Of a stretch of 64,000 nt of DNA, positions 17,714 to 27,332 are shown piece by piece (the first letter of the stretch is position 1; each line of letters begins with the position of its first letter). The notes beneath the pieces were generated by a model that saw only the letters and a list, made by a program, of their open reading frames with translations, was not told where the DNA came from and made no database searches. The translations under genes were made by a program, and so were the position numbers. The stretch comes from Thermoplasmata archaeon (GTDB taxonomy: Archaea > Thermoplasmatota > Thermoplasmata > Lutacidiplasmatales > UBA184). The DNA is taken from contig JAJZYB010000002.1 in NCBI GenBank assembly GCA_021806135.1, forward strand, positions 18,393-82,392, read 5' to 3'.

Positions 17714-19249
17714 ATGACGGTCCTCCTCCTCGGGGGCCCTCCCCTGACCCGGGAGGACGTGATCGCGGTGGCCCGGGAGGGCAGGCCCGTCGCCCTGGAC
17801 CCCGCGGCCCGGACCCGGATGCAGGCCTCCCGTGCCGTCGTCGTGCAGCACGCCGCGAGCGCCCGCCCTGTCTACGGCGTCAACACCGGATTCGGTGGCC
17901 TTTCCGACCACTGGGTCCCCGGACCCGAACGGCTACGGCTCCAGCTGAACCTCATCCGGTCTCACGCGAGCGCAGTGGGGGACCCCCTTCCCCGACCGTT
18001 GGTCCGGGCGATGATGGTCTTGAGGGCTCAGGGGCTGGCCCAGGGCCGGTCCGGTGTCCGGCCCGACCTGGTGGAAGCCCTGGTCGCCTGGCTCAACGCC
18101 GGAGTGACCCCGGTCGTGCCCGGGACCGGCTCGGTGGGGGCTTCCGGCGACCTCGCCCCTTTGGCGCATCTGGCCCTCGGCCTGGTGGGGGAAGGGATGG
18201 CCGAGGGCCCCGAGGGAGGACCGTCCCCCGCCGGAGAACTCCTGAAGGCGAGGGGCCTGCCCTCCGTGGTGCTCCAGGAGAAGGAGGGGATCAGCCTGCT
18301 CAACGGGACCGCCCTCATGGCGGGAGAGCTTGCCTTCCTCGTCCACGACGGCCACCGTCTCCTCCGGGCCGCGGAGTTCGCGTCGGCCATGAGCTTCGAC
18401 GCGCTTCGGGGGAACTTAGACTCCCTGGACCCACGGATCCATCAAGCTCGGGGACTTCCGGGGCAAGAGGAGGAGGCCCGGATCCTCCTGGCGCTCCTCA
18501 CCGGCAGCGCGTTGGCCCACGCAGGGGAGGATACGGCCGGGCAGGACCCGTACGTGCTGCGCTGCCTCCCGCAGGTCCTGGGGGCCACCCGGCAGGGCCT
18601 CGGCTGGGCCGACGACATCCTCGCCCGGGAGATCAACGCGGTCACCGACAATCCCCTGGTCTTTGACGGGACCATCCTCTCGGGCGGAAACTTCCATGGG
18701 CAGCCGCTCGCCCTCGCCCTGGACACCCTGGCGCTCGCCCTCAGCTACGTCGGTACGTTCTCCGAGCGGAGGGTCGCTCGTCTCGTTGATATGAGGCTCT
18801 CCAGGGGCCTCCCGGCCTTCCTCGCCGGTACCCCGGGGGCAGCCTCCGGTTACATGATCCCGCCGTACGTGGCCGCGGCGCTGGTGGCAGAGAACCAGGT
18901 CCTCGTCCACCCGGCCAGCGCCTCTTCCCTGCCCACGTCGGCGAACCAGGAGGACTTCAACAGCCAGGGGGCCACAGCGGGGGCAAAGGGCCGTCGCCTT
19001 CTGGAGAACCTGTTCCGGGGGGTGGCGGTGGAGCTCCTCCTGGCCGGCCAGGCCATGGAACTGCGTCGCCCGTTGAGGGGTGGAGCCGGGAGCGAGGCGG
19101 CGCTCGCCGCCCTGAGACGCCGGGTCCCGCCTCTGACGGAGGACCGTCCCCCCGCCCCGGACCTGGAGCGGATCTTCCAGGGCCTCAGGGATGGTTCGCT
19201 ACTGAGGGAGATGGAGGAGTTCCAGGCTGACGGGGGACCCACCGCGTAG
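17714..19249 (+). CDS. hutH: histidine ammonia-lyase (aromatic amino acid lyase family)
   Basis: MIO-forming 'GSVGASGDLAPLAHLALGLVGEG', 'YGVNTGFGGLS' and 'NFHGQPLALALD'. ATG at 17714 within ORF 17474..19249. Confidence 0.9.
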   Translation: MTVLLLGGPPLTREDVIAVAREGRPVALDPAARTRMQASRAVVVQHAASARPVYGVNTGFGGLSDHWVPGPERLRLQLNLIRSHASAVGDPLPRPLVRAMMVLRAQGLAQGRSGVRPDLVEALVAWLNAGVTPVVPGTGSVGASGDLAPLAHLALGLVGEGMAEGPEGGPSPAGELLKARGLPSVVLQEKEGISLLNGTALMAGELAFLVHDGHRLLRAAEFASAMSFDALRGNLDSLDPRIHQARGLPGQEEEARILLALLTGSALAHAGEDTAGQDPYVLRCLPQVLGATRQGLGWADDILAREINAVTDNPLVFDGTILSGGNFHGQPLALALDTLALALSYVGTFSERRVARLVDMRLSRGLPAFLAGTPGAASGYMIPPYVAAALVAENQVLVHPASASSLPTSANQEDFNSQGATAGAKGRRLLENLFRGVAVELLLAGQAMELRRPLRGGAGSEAALAALRRRVPPLTEDRPPAPDLERIFQGLRDGSLLREMEEFQADGGPTA

Positions 19250-19320
19250 AGGCGTACGACCGGAGGAGGGGAGGGTCCGTAGAGGGCTCTGACGGATGGA
19301 CATCCATATCCGAACCCGAT

Positions 19321-19332
19321 GTATTTAATAAG
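19321..19332 (+). promoter_or_regulatory. TATA box upstream of the Lrp/AsnC-REC gene pair
   Basis: 'gtatttaataag' in an A/T-rich patch, ~55 nt upstream of the ATG at 19386. Confidence 0.4.
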
Positions 19333-19385
19333 TGGTTTCTCTTTGTTTCTCAGTACCCCCATCTAGGTCTCACGGATGTGAAAAA

Positions 19386-19952
19386 ATGGTGGAGCTCAGT
19401 GCCCACGAACGGGGGTTCCTCCTCTCCCTCCTGGAAGACGGGATGCTGAGCAACACCGACGTGGCCGCGCGCCTCCACATCAGCCCCACGGCGGCCCGGA
19501 AGATCCGGCTCAAGCTGGAACGCACCGGGATCATCCAAGGTTACCGCCCCTTGTTGAACCTGGGGGCGCTCGGGGTGGAGGTCTTCAGTCTCCTGGAGCT
19601 TCGCCTGACCGTGAAGGGTTGGACCGCCGGGGGAGGGGCTGGGGTCCAGGCGGACCTGCTCAAGCATGAGAACGTTTTAGCCCTCTACCGTCTCCCCGAG
19701 GGGCAGGTGAGCCATCTGGTCCTGACGGGCTTCCGAAACATGGAAGAAGTGGACCGGTTCTTCCACGTGCTGCAATCCCAGTATTCGGAATTCCTGGAGA
19801 TCCACCGAGTGTATACGTTGTCGCACAAGAGCATTCTTAAGGAGAACCCCGCTACCTTACTTACAAAGATCCTGCTGGAGGGGGAGGAGGCGCGCCTGCC
19901 TGGAGGGCTCCGCTCCGCCCCCGCTCCCCTCCCAGGAGATGAAGAGGCATGA
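19386..19952 (+). CDS. Lrp/AsnC-family transcriptional regulator
   Basis: HTH 'LSNTDVAARLHISPTAARKIRLKLERTGIIQGY', followed by a RAM-like domain 'VEVFSLLELRL...HLVLTGFRNMEEVDRFFHVLQ'. Confidence 0.8.
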   Translation: MVELSAHERGFLLSLLEDGMLSNTDVAARLHISPTAARKIRLKLERTGIIQGYRPLLNLGALGVEVFSLLELRLTVKGWTAGGGAGVQADLLKHENVLALYRLPEGQVSHLVLTGFRNMEEVDRFFHVLQSQYSEFLEIHRVYTLSHKSILKENPATLLTKILLEGEEARLPGGLRSAPAPLPGDEEA

Positions 19953-20332
19953 CCGAGGTGGCATTGATCGCGGGGAACGACGAGACCCGGGAGGTCCTGA
20001 GGGCACTCCTCAGACTGCACCACCACCGGGTGCAGGCCGAGGGGCGGGGGAGCGCAGACGCCCAGCGCCTGCTCAAGTCGGGATTCAAGGGCGTGCTCTT
20101 CGTGGACGCGGAGCTCTCGGACGGGAGCTGGACCGAGGTCCTCGAGAGCGCGAGGGGATCCCGGCCTCCGGTCCCGTCGGTCCTCGTCAGCCCGTTCTAC
20201 GGCGCCGAGTTCGAGGAGAAGGCCCGGAAGCTCGGGGTCGGCGCCATCCTGCTCCGGCCCTTCGAGATCCCGGAGCTCCTGGACGTCATCGCCCGGGTGG
20301 ATGGGGCGCGGAGCGAGCCGACCCACGCCTGA
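19949..20332 (+). CDS. stand-alone response-regulator receiver (REC) domain, atypical
   Basis: 127 aa, with an ATGA overlap onto the Lrp gene. The phospho-acceptor context 'VLFVDAELSDGS' is present. The acidic pair is 'GND' and the conserved Lys position reads 'LLRPF' (Arg). Confidence 0.7.
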   Translation: MTEVALIAGNDETREVLRALLRLHHHRVQAEGRGSADAQRLLKSGFKGVLFVDAELSDGSWTEVLESARGSRPPVPSVLVSPFYGAEFEEKARKLGVGAILLRPFEIPELLDVIARVDGARSEPTHA

Positions 20333-20486
20333 GGATCTCTCCTCGGGCGCCCGTGCCGTCGGCCTCTCCCGGCCCGGACCCGGGACGTCCCCCTGGGCGC
20401 TCTTCTCCCGTCTTTGGATGGGGAGAGCCTCAGGCGGGGCCCAATCTTTTCCGACGGCCCCCGCGGGGGCGGGCTGCCGACGGCCC

Positions 20487-21089
20487 TCAGGGAGTGGGAT
20501 CGGGACGACCGAGGTTGAGCACCCGGGCCAGGAAGGAACCACCGGGCCGGGTCCCCAGGCGGTGAAGGAGGTACGGGTCGATGGCCAGCGACCGTCCGGC
20601 GGGAGCCAAGAAGAGTCCCCCGGCCAGCAGCATGTAGAGGGGGTGCGGTCCCACGTCCGTCCCCCCGGGGAACGAGAAGGTGGACCCCCACTGGGTCACG
20701 AGGAACAGCCCCGACAGGAGAAACCCCACCACGCAGGCCCACCGGGTGGTGGTCCCCGTGAGGAAGGCGAAGGCGAGATAGGCCGTGACCACCGCGGTGA
20801 GGACGGAGAAGACCGAACCGTGGGCGGCCACGAACAGGGCGAGCCCGGGGCCGCCCAGGGTGGTGGGGGCGTACGAGGCGGCGGAGGCCGCAAAGGTGGG
20901 GAAGAACCGGTTCGCCGGGTCCAGAATGAAGACGAGGTTCACCGCCCAGACGAGTCCCAGGCCGATGCGCAGCAACTCCACCGCCACCGCGCGATGCTCC
21001 CCCGGCTCCCCCTTCCGGTTCGGAGGGGAGGGTTCCTCGGAAGGGCCCATGTACCTGGTCATCGCGCGGGGAGAGGGATACGGACCCAC
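20487..21089 (-). CDS. integral membrane protein (DoxX-like, tentative)
   Basis: 200-aa ORF with about four hydrophobic helices ('VELLRIGLGLVWAVNLVFIL', 'VFSVLTAVVTAYLAFAFL', 'WACVVGFLLSGLFLVTQW', 'LYMLLAGGLFLAPA'). The other overlapping ORFs give only R/P/G-rich translations. Confidence 0.55.
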   Translation of the reverse strand: MGPYPSPRAMTRYMGPSEEPSPPNRKGEPGEHRAVAVELLRIGLGLVWAVNLVFILDPANRFFPTFAASAASYAPTTLGGPGLALFVAAHGSVFSVLTAVVTAYLAFAFLTGTTTRWACVVGFLLSGLFLVTQWGSTFSFPGGTDVGPHPLYMLLAGGLFLAPAGRSLAIDPYLLHRLGTRPGGSFLARVLNLGRPDPTP

Positions 21090-21223
21090 CCGCTTGATCC
21101 TCCGTAAGCCCTCGCCGGGGCAACTCCGGGGGGCCTCTCGATCGCTCTGGGTGGGTCCAATCCCTCGGCATGGCCAGGCGTGCCCGGGAAGATGAAGGGT
21201 CGGTCAACGGGCGTTGACGAAAC

Positions 21224-23365
21224 CTACGGCCGGCTCCGTCGCCGTCTCCGGGCGACGGAGGCGCTTTCCCGTTCCCCCCGGGGCAGGACCTCGAGGAGGA
21301 AGGTGTACTGGTCGGCGAGGGTCGCGGTCACGTCGTCGACGGCCTGGGGCCCGTGCCCAAAGGAGCGGTACGCGCGCAGGAGGAGGGGGTGCCCGGAGGT
21401 GCTGGACGCTTGGAGACGGGCGATCACATTACGGGAGTGGAAGGGGTTCACCCGGTGGTCGTTCTCCCCCGTGGTCAACAGCACCGCCGGGTAAGGCGTC
21501 CCCGGCTGGACCCGGTGGTACGGGGAGTATGCCCGCAGGGCCTCGAACTGTTCCGGGTCCTTCACGCTGCCGAACTCCGGGATGTTGAACTCGCCGTTGG
21601 CCTCCACCTCGCTCCTCAACGCGTCGAAGACCCCCACGACCCCGAGCACCGCGGCGGCCAGCTCGGGCCGCTGGGTGAGGAGGGCTCCCACGGTCAGGCC
21701 CCCGTTGCTTCCGCCGATCACCGCCAGGCGCCCCGGCCGGACGTACCCGCGGCGGACCAGGTGCTCCGCGCAGGCGATGAAGTCGTCAAAGACGTTCTGC
21801 TTCCGGGTGAGCATGCCCGCCTTGTGCCAGGCCTCCCCGAACTCCCCACCCCCCCGCAAGTGCGCCACGGCCCGGGCCCCGCCCTCCTGGTACCAGGCGG
21901 CGTAGGGCAACTCGTAGTCGGGGCCGAGGGAGATCCCATAGCCGCCGTACCCCTCCAAGAGGAGCGGGGCGGGCCCGTGCCGGCGGAACCCCCGGGGCAG
22001 GAGGAGCGTGAGGGGGACCTTCGTCCCATCCTTGGAGGTGGCGAACTCCTGCCGGAGGGTGAGGGTCTTGAGCACGGGAAGCACCGGAAAGGTCAGCTCG
22101 CTACGCCGGGGGTGTCGGCTCCCCGGCGGGAGGGCCCAGACCCCCCGGGGCTCCCGGTACTGCGAGAGCAGGAAGAGCAGCTCCCCTCCAGGGACGCCCG
22201 TGAGGGCATCGACCTCCGAGTAGGGCGGGGTCGGGACCACCCTTGGGCCCGGGGAACCCCGTGGAAGCGACACCTCCAGCAGCCGGCCCAGGCCGCCCCG
22301 CTGCTGGCTCACGTAGACGGCATTCCCGTGCGGACAGATCTCCTGGCAGGACCACGGCCCGGGAGGGAGCAGCTCTTCCGCCTGGGACAGGTCGCCTTCC
22401 CCTGGGGGCAGGCGAAGCACCCGGCCGCCGCTGTCCCCCCGGAAGTCCAGGAGGAAGAGCCCTTCCCGTCCGAGGGCCGCGCCCTTGATCCCGTCCTTCG
22501 GTCCAGTCACCCGGAGGAAGCGTCCTTCCGGGGTCCTCAGGTAATGGCTGAACTCGCCCCCGTCCCCGTGCGCGACGGTGACCAGGAGCGAGCCGGTCTC
22601 CGGATCAACGGCAAGGCGGATCTCCGCGTCCCGGGGGAGTTCCTGCCCCATGACCTCCCGGTCCCCGGAGGGATCCGAACCCCACGGATGGTAGTACACC
22701 CGTTGGAAGAAGGCCCGATCCGCCTCCGGTCTCTCCTCCCCCGGGTAGCGCGTGTAGTAGATGCCCCGGCCGTCCGGGGCCCAGGCGGCGCTTCCCCCGG
22801 CCGTGGCGCCATGGACCCGGGGAAGCGTCTCCCCGGTCCAGCGCTTCCGGGTAAGGTCGAGGACCCGGAGCGGGCCCTGCTCGCTCCCCCCCCGGGACAG
22901 GCAGAGCGCCACCCGGGACCCGTCCGGGGACGGGGAGACCAGATCGATGGAGAGTCCGCCCCGACCCCCCAGCCGGGAGGGATCGAGGAGGAGCTCCCCC
23001 CGGCGAGCGGCCAGGTCCGCGGGGTAGGCCCAAAGGCAAGGCCGCGGGTGCTTGGGGTCGGACCGGAGGAGGAAGACCCGGGGTCCGGCGGGGCTGCTCC
23101 CTGCGGCCGCTCCCTGGCTCCAGATCCCCAGGACGCTCCAGCGCCCGGTCCGGTACCAGGCCGAGACCTCCCGGAGGATCCTCCGGTGTAGGGGGCTCTT
23201 CTCCAGCCAGGCTGCGGCGCGCCGGTCCTGGGCCCGGCTCCATCGGAGCACCCGGGGGTCCGTCCCGTCCTCGAGCCATCGGTATTCGTCCACCACCTCG
23301 GTGCCATGGTAGACGTCGGTGACCGGGCGTTGCGGGGTGGACGGCACGGGGGTCGGATCGTGCAT
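21224..23365 (-). CDS. prolyl oligopeptidase family serine peptidase (S9A)
   Basis: 'VTDVYHGTEVVDEYRWLED' at the N-terminus, catalytic Ser 'AVIGGSNGGLTVGALL' and 'LLTTGENDHRVNP'. ATG at 23365 (Met 43 of ORF 21224..23491). Confidence 0.9.
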   Translation of the reverse strand: MHDPTPVPSTPQRPVTDVYHGTEVVDEYRWLEDGTDPRVLRWSRAQDRRAAAWLEKSPLHRRILREVSAWYRTGRWSVLGIWSQGAAAGSSPAGPRVFLLRSDPKHPRPCLWAYPADLAARRGELLLDPSRLGGRGGLSIDLVSPSPDGSRVALCLSRGGSEQGPLRVLDLTRKRWTGETLPRVHGATAGGSAAWAPDGRGIYYTRYPGEERPEADRAFFQRVYYHPWGSDPSGDREVMGQELPRDAEIRLAVDPETGSLLVTVAHGDGGEFSHYLRTPEGRFLRVTGPKDGIKGAALGREGLFLLDFRGDSGGRVLRLPPGEGDLSQAEELLPPGPWSCQEICPHGNAVYVSQQRGGLGRLLEVSLPRGSPGPRVVPTPPYSEVDALTGVPGGELLFLLSQYREPRGVWALPPGSRHPRRSELTFPVLPVLKTLTLRQEFATSKDGTKVPLTLLLPRGFRRHGPAPLLLEGYGGYGISLGPDYELPYAAWYQEGGARAVAHLRGGGEFGEAWHKAGMLTRKQNVFDDFIACAEHLVRRGYVRPGRLAVIGGSNGGLTVGALLTQRPELAAAVLGVVGVFDALRSEVEANGEFNIPEFGSVKDPEQFEALRAYSPYHRVQPGTPYPAVLLTTGENDHRVNPFHSRNVIARLQASSTSGHPLLLRAYRSFGHGPQAVDDVTATLADQYTFLLEVLPRGERESASVARRRRRSRP

Positions 23366-23390
23366 GGACGCCCTCAGGCGTTCCTTCGCA

Positions 23391-24521
23391 TTAGCCTGCG
23401 CCCCGGGTCCTCCGGTCTGGTGGTGGGGAGACCATGGGGAGGGCCAAAGGGAGCATCCGTCGGGTGGCGGCGGGGAGGGCGAGACGTCCAAGGGCGGCTG
23501 GCTTCACCCAACGATACGGCCCCTTCCGGAGACGGCCCCCGGACCGGAGCCCGAGCGCAAAGACGTGGAGGCTCACGTGGAAGTGGGAATAGTCATGCTC
23601 CACCACCCCTAGGGGACGGAGGACCCGGACCACGAGGCCGGTCTCCTCCGCGAACTCGCGACGCACCGCCTGCGCAGGCGTCTCCCCGGGCTCGATCTTC
23701 CCCCCGGGGAATTCCCAGAGCCCGCCGAGCAGCCCGCCGGAGGGCCTCCGTTGGAGGAGGAGCCTCCCGTCCCGGGCCACCACCCCGACCGCCGCCGAGA
23801 CCCGGGGCCGGACCGCCTTGGGCCCCCGGCGGGGGATCGAACCGGGAGACGGGAGCGTGCGGTAGGCGCCACAGATCTTTCGGACTGGGCAGCGAGGGCA
23901 CCGGGGGTTTCGCGGCGTGCAGATGCGCTGACCGAGCTCCATGAGCCCCTCGTTGAAGGCACGGGGATCCGCCCGGCCCAGCAGGTCTTCGGCCTCCGGC
24001 TCGTCGAGGGCCGACGGATAGAGGACCCGGGCGAGGACCCGTTCCACGTTCGCGTCCACCGCCAGCACGGGACGGCGGAAGGCGATGGCCGCGAGCGCAC
24101 GCGCCGTGTACTCTCCCACCCCGGGGAGTTCGCGCAATTGCTCCACCCGGTGGGGGAGGGTCCCCCCGTACACCCGCACCACCGTCCTGGCCAGGTCCCT
24201 GAGGTGCCGTGCCCGGGCGTAGTACCCCGCGCCTTCCCAGGCCTTGAGCACGGAACCCTCCCGTGCCCGGGCCAGGCTCGGAAGGTCCGGGAACCGGGCG
24301 AGGAAGCGATGGTAGAAGGGCCGCGCCTGGTCCACCCGGGTCTGCTGGAGGAGGAACTCCGCCACCAGGATGCGGTACGGGTCGCGGGTGCTTCGCCACG
24401 GGAGGTCCCGACCGGATCGCCGGAACCATCGCACGAGGGACCGTCGGAACGCGGGGAGCGGCGAGGGGTCCCGTCCCCGCCCGGGAGGGCGTCTCCCCCT
24501 CAGTGCCGGAACACCCTCCAT
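23391..24521 (-). CDS. mutY: MutY-type adenine DNA glycosylase fused to a MutT-type Nudix domain
   Basis: 'WRSTRDPYRILVAEFLLQQT', HhH 'LRELPGVGEYTARAL', 'AVDANVERVL', the 4Fe-4S loop 'CTPRNPRCPRCPVRKIC' and a complete Nudix box 'GGKIEPGETPAQAVRREFAEETGL'. ATG at 24521. Confidence 0.85.
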   Translation of the reverse strand: MEGVPALRGRRPPGRGRDPSPLPAFRRSLVRWFRRSGRDLPWRSTRDPYRILVAEFLLQQTRVDQARPFYHRFLARFPDLPSLARAREGSVLKAWEGAGYYARARHLRDLARTVVRVYGGTLPHRVEQLRELPGVGEYTARALAAIAFRRPVLAVDANVERVLARVLYPSALDEPEAEDLLGRADPRAFNEGLMELGQRICTPRNPRCPRCPVRKICGAYRTLPSPGSIPRRGPKAVRPRVSAAVGVVARDGRLLLQRRPSGGLLGGLWEFPGGKIEPGETPAQAVRREFAEETGLVVRVLRPLGVVEHDYSHFHVSLHVFALGLRSGGRLRKGPYRWVKPAALGRLALPAATRRMLPLALPMVSPPPDRRTRGAG

Positions 24522-26077
24522 CCACAGAAGTACATGGCCAGGTCCAGCCGGTCGGCCGCCGCCACCACCTCCGTGTCGCGGATGGAGCCCCCCGGCTGAA
24601 GGATGACCCGGACCCCGGCCCTCCCCGCCTCCTCGAGTCCGTCGGCGAAGGGAAAGTAGGCATCCGAGGCGAGCACGCTGCCCCGGGCCCGGTCGCCGGC
24701 CACCTCCAGGGCGACCCGGACCGCTCCCACCCGGCTGGTCTGCCCTGAGCCGATCCCCACCGTCGCCTGCCCCCGGACCAGCGCCACGGCGTTGCTCCGG
24801 GCATGCCGGACCACCTTCCAGGCGAACGGGAAGGAGCGGAGCTCCTCCTCCGAGGCCGCCCGCCGGGTCACGAGCTTGATTTCCGAGGAGACCAGTTCCC
24901 GCCGGTCCGCCTCCTGGAGCAGGAGTCGCCCGGTGGCGGTCCGGGCCTCCCAGCGGGGAGTCGCCCTTGAGGGGGCCATGCCCTGGACGAGCTTGAGCTT
25001 CGGACGCCGGGCCAGCCGTTCCCGGACCTCGGCCGGGAAGGAGGGCCCCACCAGGAGGTCCACGAAGGTCCCCTTCAGGGCGTCGACCCCGGCCAGCGTA
25101 AGGGGTCGGTTGACGGCCACGGCGCTCCCGTACCGGGCAACGGGGTCCGTGCCCAGCGCGTGCTGAAGGGCCTGGGGGAGGTCGTCGGCCGAGGCCGCTC
25201 CGCAGGGGGTGGCGTGCTTCACCACCACGGCCGCGGGAGCATCGAACTCCGAGACCAGGGCGAGCGCCCGCTCCAGGTCCAGATAGTTGTTGTAGGAAAG
25301 CGCATCCCCCTTGAGGCACACGAGGGGCCAAGGGGTCAGGGGGACCCCGGGGGGAGTGACCTCCACCAGGACGTCCGCCCGCTGGTGGGGGTTCTCCCCG
25401 TAACGGAGCCCTTCCCCCGAGCGGGCGAAGGCGAGCAGGTCCGCGAGCCGAGGGGTCGTTGGATCGGCGACCCGCTCAAGCCAGGCGTGGACGGCGGCAT
25501 CGTAGAGCGCCGTCCGCCGAAACGCCTTGGCCGCGAGCCTGACCCGGGTGGCAGGGCTCACCTGTCCGCCGGTCCGTTCCATCTCGCCTAGGAGGCTTTC
25601 CGTATCCGCCGGATCGGAGAAGGGGACCACATACCGGTGGTTCTTCGCGGCGGCCCTCAACAGGCTCGGGCCTCCCACATCGATGCGCTCCAACAGCTCC
25701 TCCGGCCGCTCCGTCCCGGCGATAAGCGCCTCCTCGAACGGGTAGAAGAGCACGGCCACGAGGTCGAAGGGGACCAGGCCCAGCGTCTCGAGTTCCCGAC
25801 GGCCTCCCTCGTCCCGGGGGGCGAGGATGCCGCCGAAGAGCTTCGGATGGAGCGTCTTCACCCGGCCACCGAACCAGGCGGTGATCCCGGTGATCTCCTC
25901 CGTCCCGTGGCAGGGGATCCCGAGTCCTTCCAGATAGCGCCGGGTCCCCTCCGTGGCGTAGAGTTCCACCCCCCCGGACCGGAGCCCACGGGCGAGGGGA
26001 ACGATGGGTTCCTTGCGGTCCGCCGCCAGAAGGGCCCTTCCGATGGTCGGCCCCCCGGCGGCGTCCTCCGACCCCAC
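24500..26077 (-). CDS. purH: bifunctional AICAR transformylase / IMP cyclohydrolase
   Basis: 525 aa. MGS-like N-domain 'ELYATEGTRRYLEGLGIPCHGTEEITG...GGRVKTLHPKLFGGILA' and AICARFT domain 'VVVKHATPCGAA', 'GIGSGQTSRVGAV', 'LASDAYFPFADG'. GTG start. Confidence 0.9.
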   Translation of the reverse strand: MGSEDAAGGPTIGRALLAADRKEPIVPLARGLRSGGVELYATEGTRRYLEGLGIPCHGTEEITGITAWFGGRVKTLHPKLFGGILAPRDEGGRRELETLGLVPFDLVAVLFYPFEEALIAGTERPEELLERIDVGGPSLLRAAAKNHRYVVPFSDPADTESLLGEMERTGGQVSPATRVRLAAKAFRRTALYDAAVHAWLERVADPTTPRLADLLAFARSGEGLRYGENPHQRADVLVEVTPPGVPLTPWPLVCLKGDALSYNNYLDLERALALVSEFDAPAAVVVKHATPCGAASADDLPQALQHALGTDPVARYGSAVAVNRPLTLAGVDALKGTFVDLLVGPSFPAEVRERLARRPKLKLVQGMAPSRATPRWEARTATGRLLLQEADRRELVSSEIKLVTRRAASEEELRSFPFAWKVVRHARSNAVALVRGQATVGIGSGQTSRVGAVRVALEVAGDRARGSVLASDAYFPFADGLEEAGRAGVRVILQPGGSIRDTEVVAAADRLDLAMYFCGWRVFRH

Positions 26078-26146
26078 GTTTCTTACCCCTGGGCGAGACT
26101 TGCCGGGTGAGATAAATCCTCCGGGAGCGAGCCCCGGCCCCCCATT

Positions 26147-27241
26147 TCAGAGGTGGTAGCTTGCGGAGATCCGGGCGAAGACCGGCTCGTCCTCCCGGAA
26201 CGAATCCGGGTTCGTGCCCCGGCGCTCGGCGGTGAAGCAGGCGAGGAGCTGAAGCGGGAGGGCCGCGAGGAGCGGGCTGAGCAACTCGGGCACCGGGGGG
26301 AGCTCGAACCGGAGGGCTCCTTCCGGGTGGCCGGCCAGCGCCTCCACGGCATCCAGCGCCTCCCGGTCGCCCACGAGCCAGGGGGTGGCTTTGAGGAGGG
26401 AAAGAGCACGGAGCGCGTCTCCCCACCGGTCCAGGGCCGGGCCCTGCGGGGCGATCAGGACGGCCAGGTCCCCCGCCTGGAGGGCCTGGAGGCCACCGTG
26501 CAGCATCGTCTCCAGCTCGAATCCCTCGGAGACCAGGTAGGAGGACTCCTTCACCTTGAGGGCGCCTTCCCGGGCGGTGGGGAAGTTCGGTCCGGCCCCG
26601 GAGAACACCACCCGCCCCTGGCGGGCCATCCGCTCCGCGATGGGGAAGATCTCCTCCTCCCGGCCGAGGACGGCCTCCATGAGCCCCGGGAGCGCCGGGA
26701 GACCCTTTTCCACGTCCCCTCGCTGCGCGGGTCCCCGCGGCTTCATCTGGGAGGCGATGAGGGCGAGGGCCGCGAGGCTCCCCATGTAGCTCGCCGTGTG
26801 CGTGGACGACCTCTCCTGGGGGGCGGTGGGAATGACCACGACCGGACCTGCCATGGGCGAGTCCAGCCCCGTGAGCCCCACCACGGGCATTCCCACCGCT
26901 TGGGCCCGTTGGAGGCTCGCCATCCCGTAGCGCTTGTTCCCCCGGTGGCTGACGGTGATGAGGGCATCGTCCCTGGAGAGGGGGGGAGGGTAGAGGGCGA
27001 AGTCCTGGTGGGTGAGCGCCCAGGCGTCAGCCCCCGCAGCCCGGAGCAGGTACTGGCCCACCAGGGCCGCGTGGTGGCTGGTGCCGGTCCCCGTCAGGAA
27101 GACATGCCGTCGGCCCACCAGGATGTCGGCGGCCCTTTGGGCCAGGGGCCGGCAGCGGTCCAGAACGTCCCGTAGCACCGCGGGCTGGGCGTGGATGCTG
27201 TGGTACAGGCTCGAGGGGTGCCCGCTCGGTCCCACGGTCAA
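26147..27241 (-). CDS. double-SIS-domain sugar-phosphate isomerase/deaminase (GlmS isomerase-domain-like)
   Basis: 'HVFLTGTGTSHHAALVG', 'ALITVSHRGNKRY' and a second SIS 'RVVFSGAGPNFPTAREGALKVKESSY'. No glutaminase domain. Confidence 0.8.
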   Translation of the reverse strand: MTVGPSGHPSSLYHSIHAQPAVLRDVLDRCRPLAQRAADILVGRRHVFLTGTGTSHHAALVGQYLLRAAGADAWALTHQDFALYPPPLSRDDALITVSHRGNKRYGMASLQRAQAVGMPVVGLTGLDSPMAGPVVVIPTAPQERSSTHTASYMGSLAALALIASQMKPRGPAQRGDVEKGLPALPGLMEAVLGREEEIFPIAERMARQGRVVFSGAGPNFPTAREGALKVKESSYLVSEGFELETMLHGGLQALQAGDLAVLIAPQGPALDRWGDALRALSLLKATPWLVGDREALDAVEALAGHPEGALRFELPPVPELLSPLLAALPLQLLACFTAERRGTNPDSFREDEPVFARISASYHL

Positions 27242-27332
27242 GGCCTCCCCGGAAGGCGCTCTCTGCTTGATAAGCCACCGGAACGCCCTCCTCCCAAGGG
27301 TTCAAGGAGGGGAGCCCTCCCATCCTCCAGGG

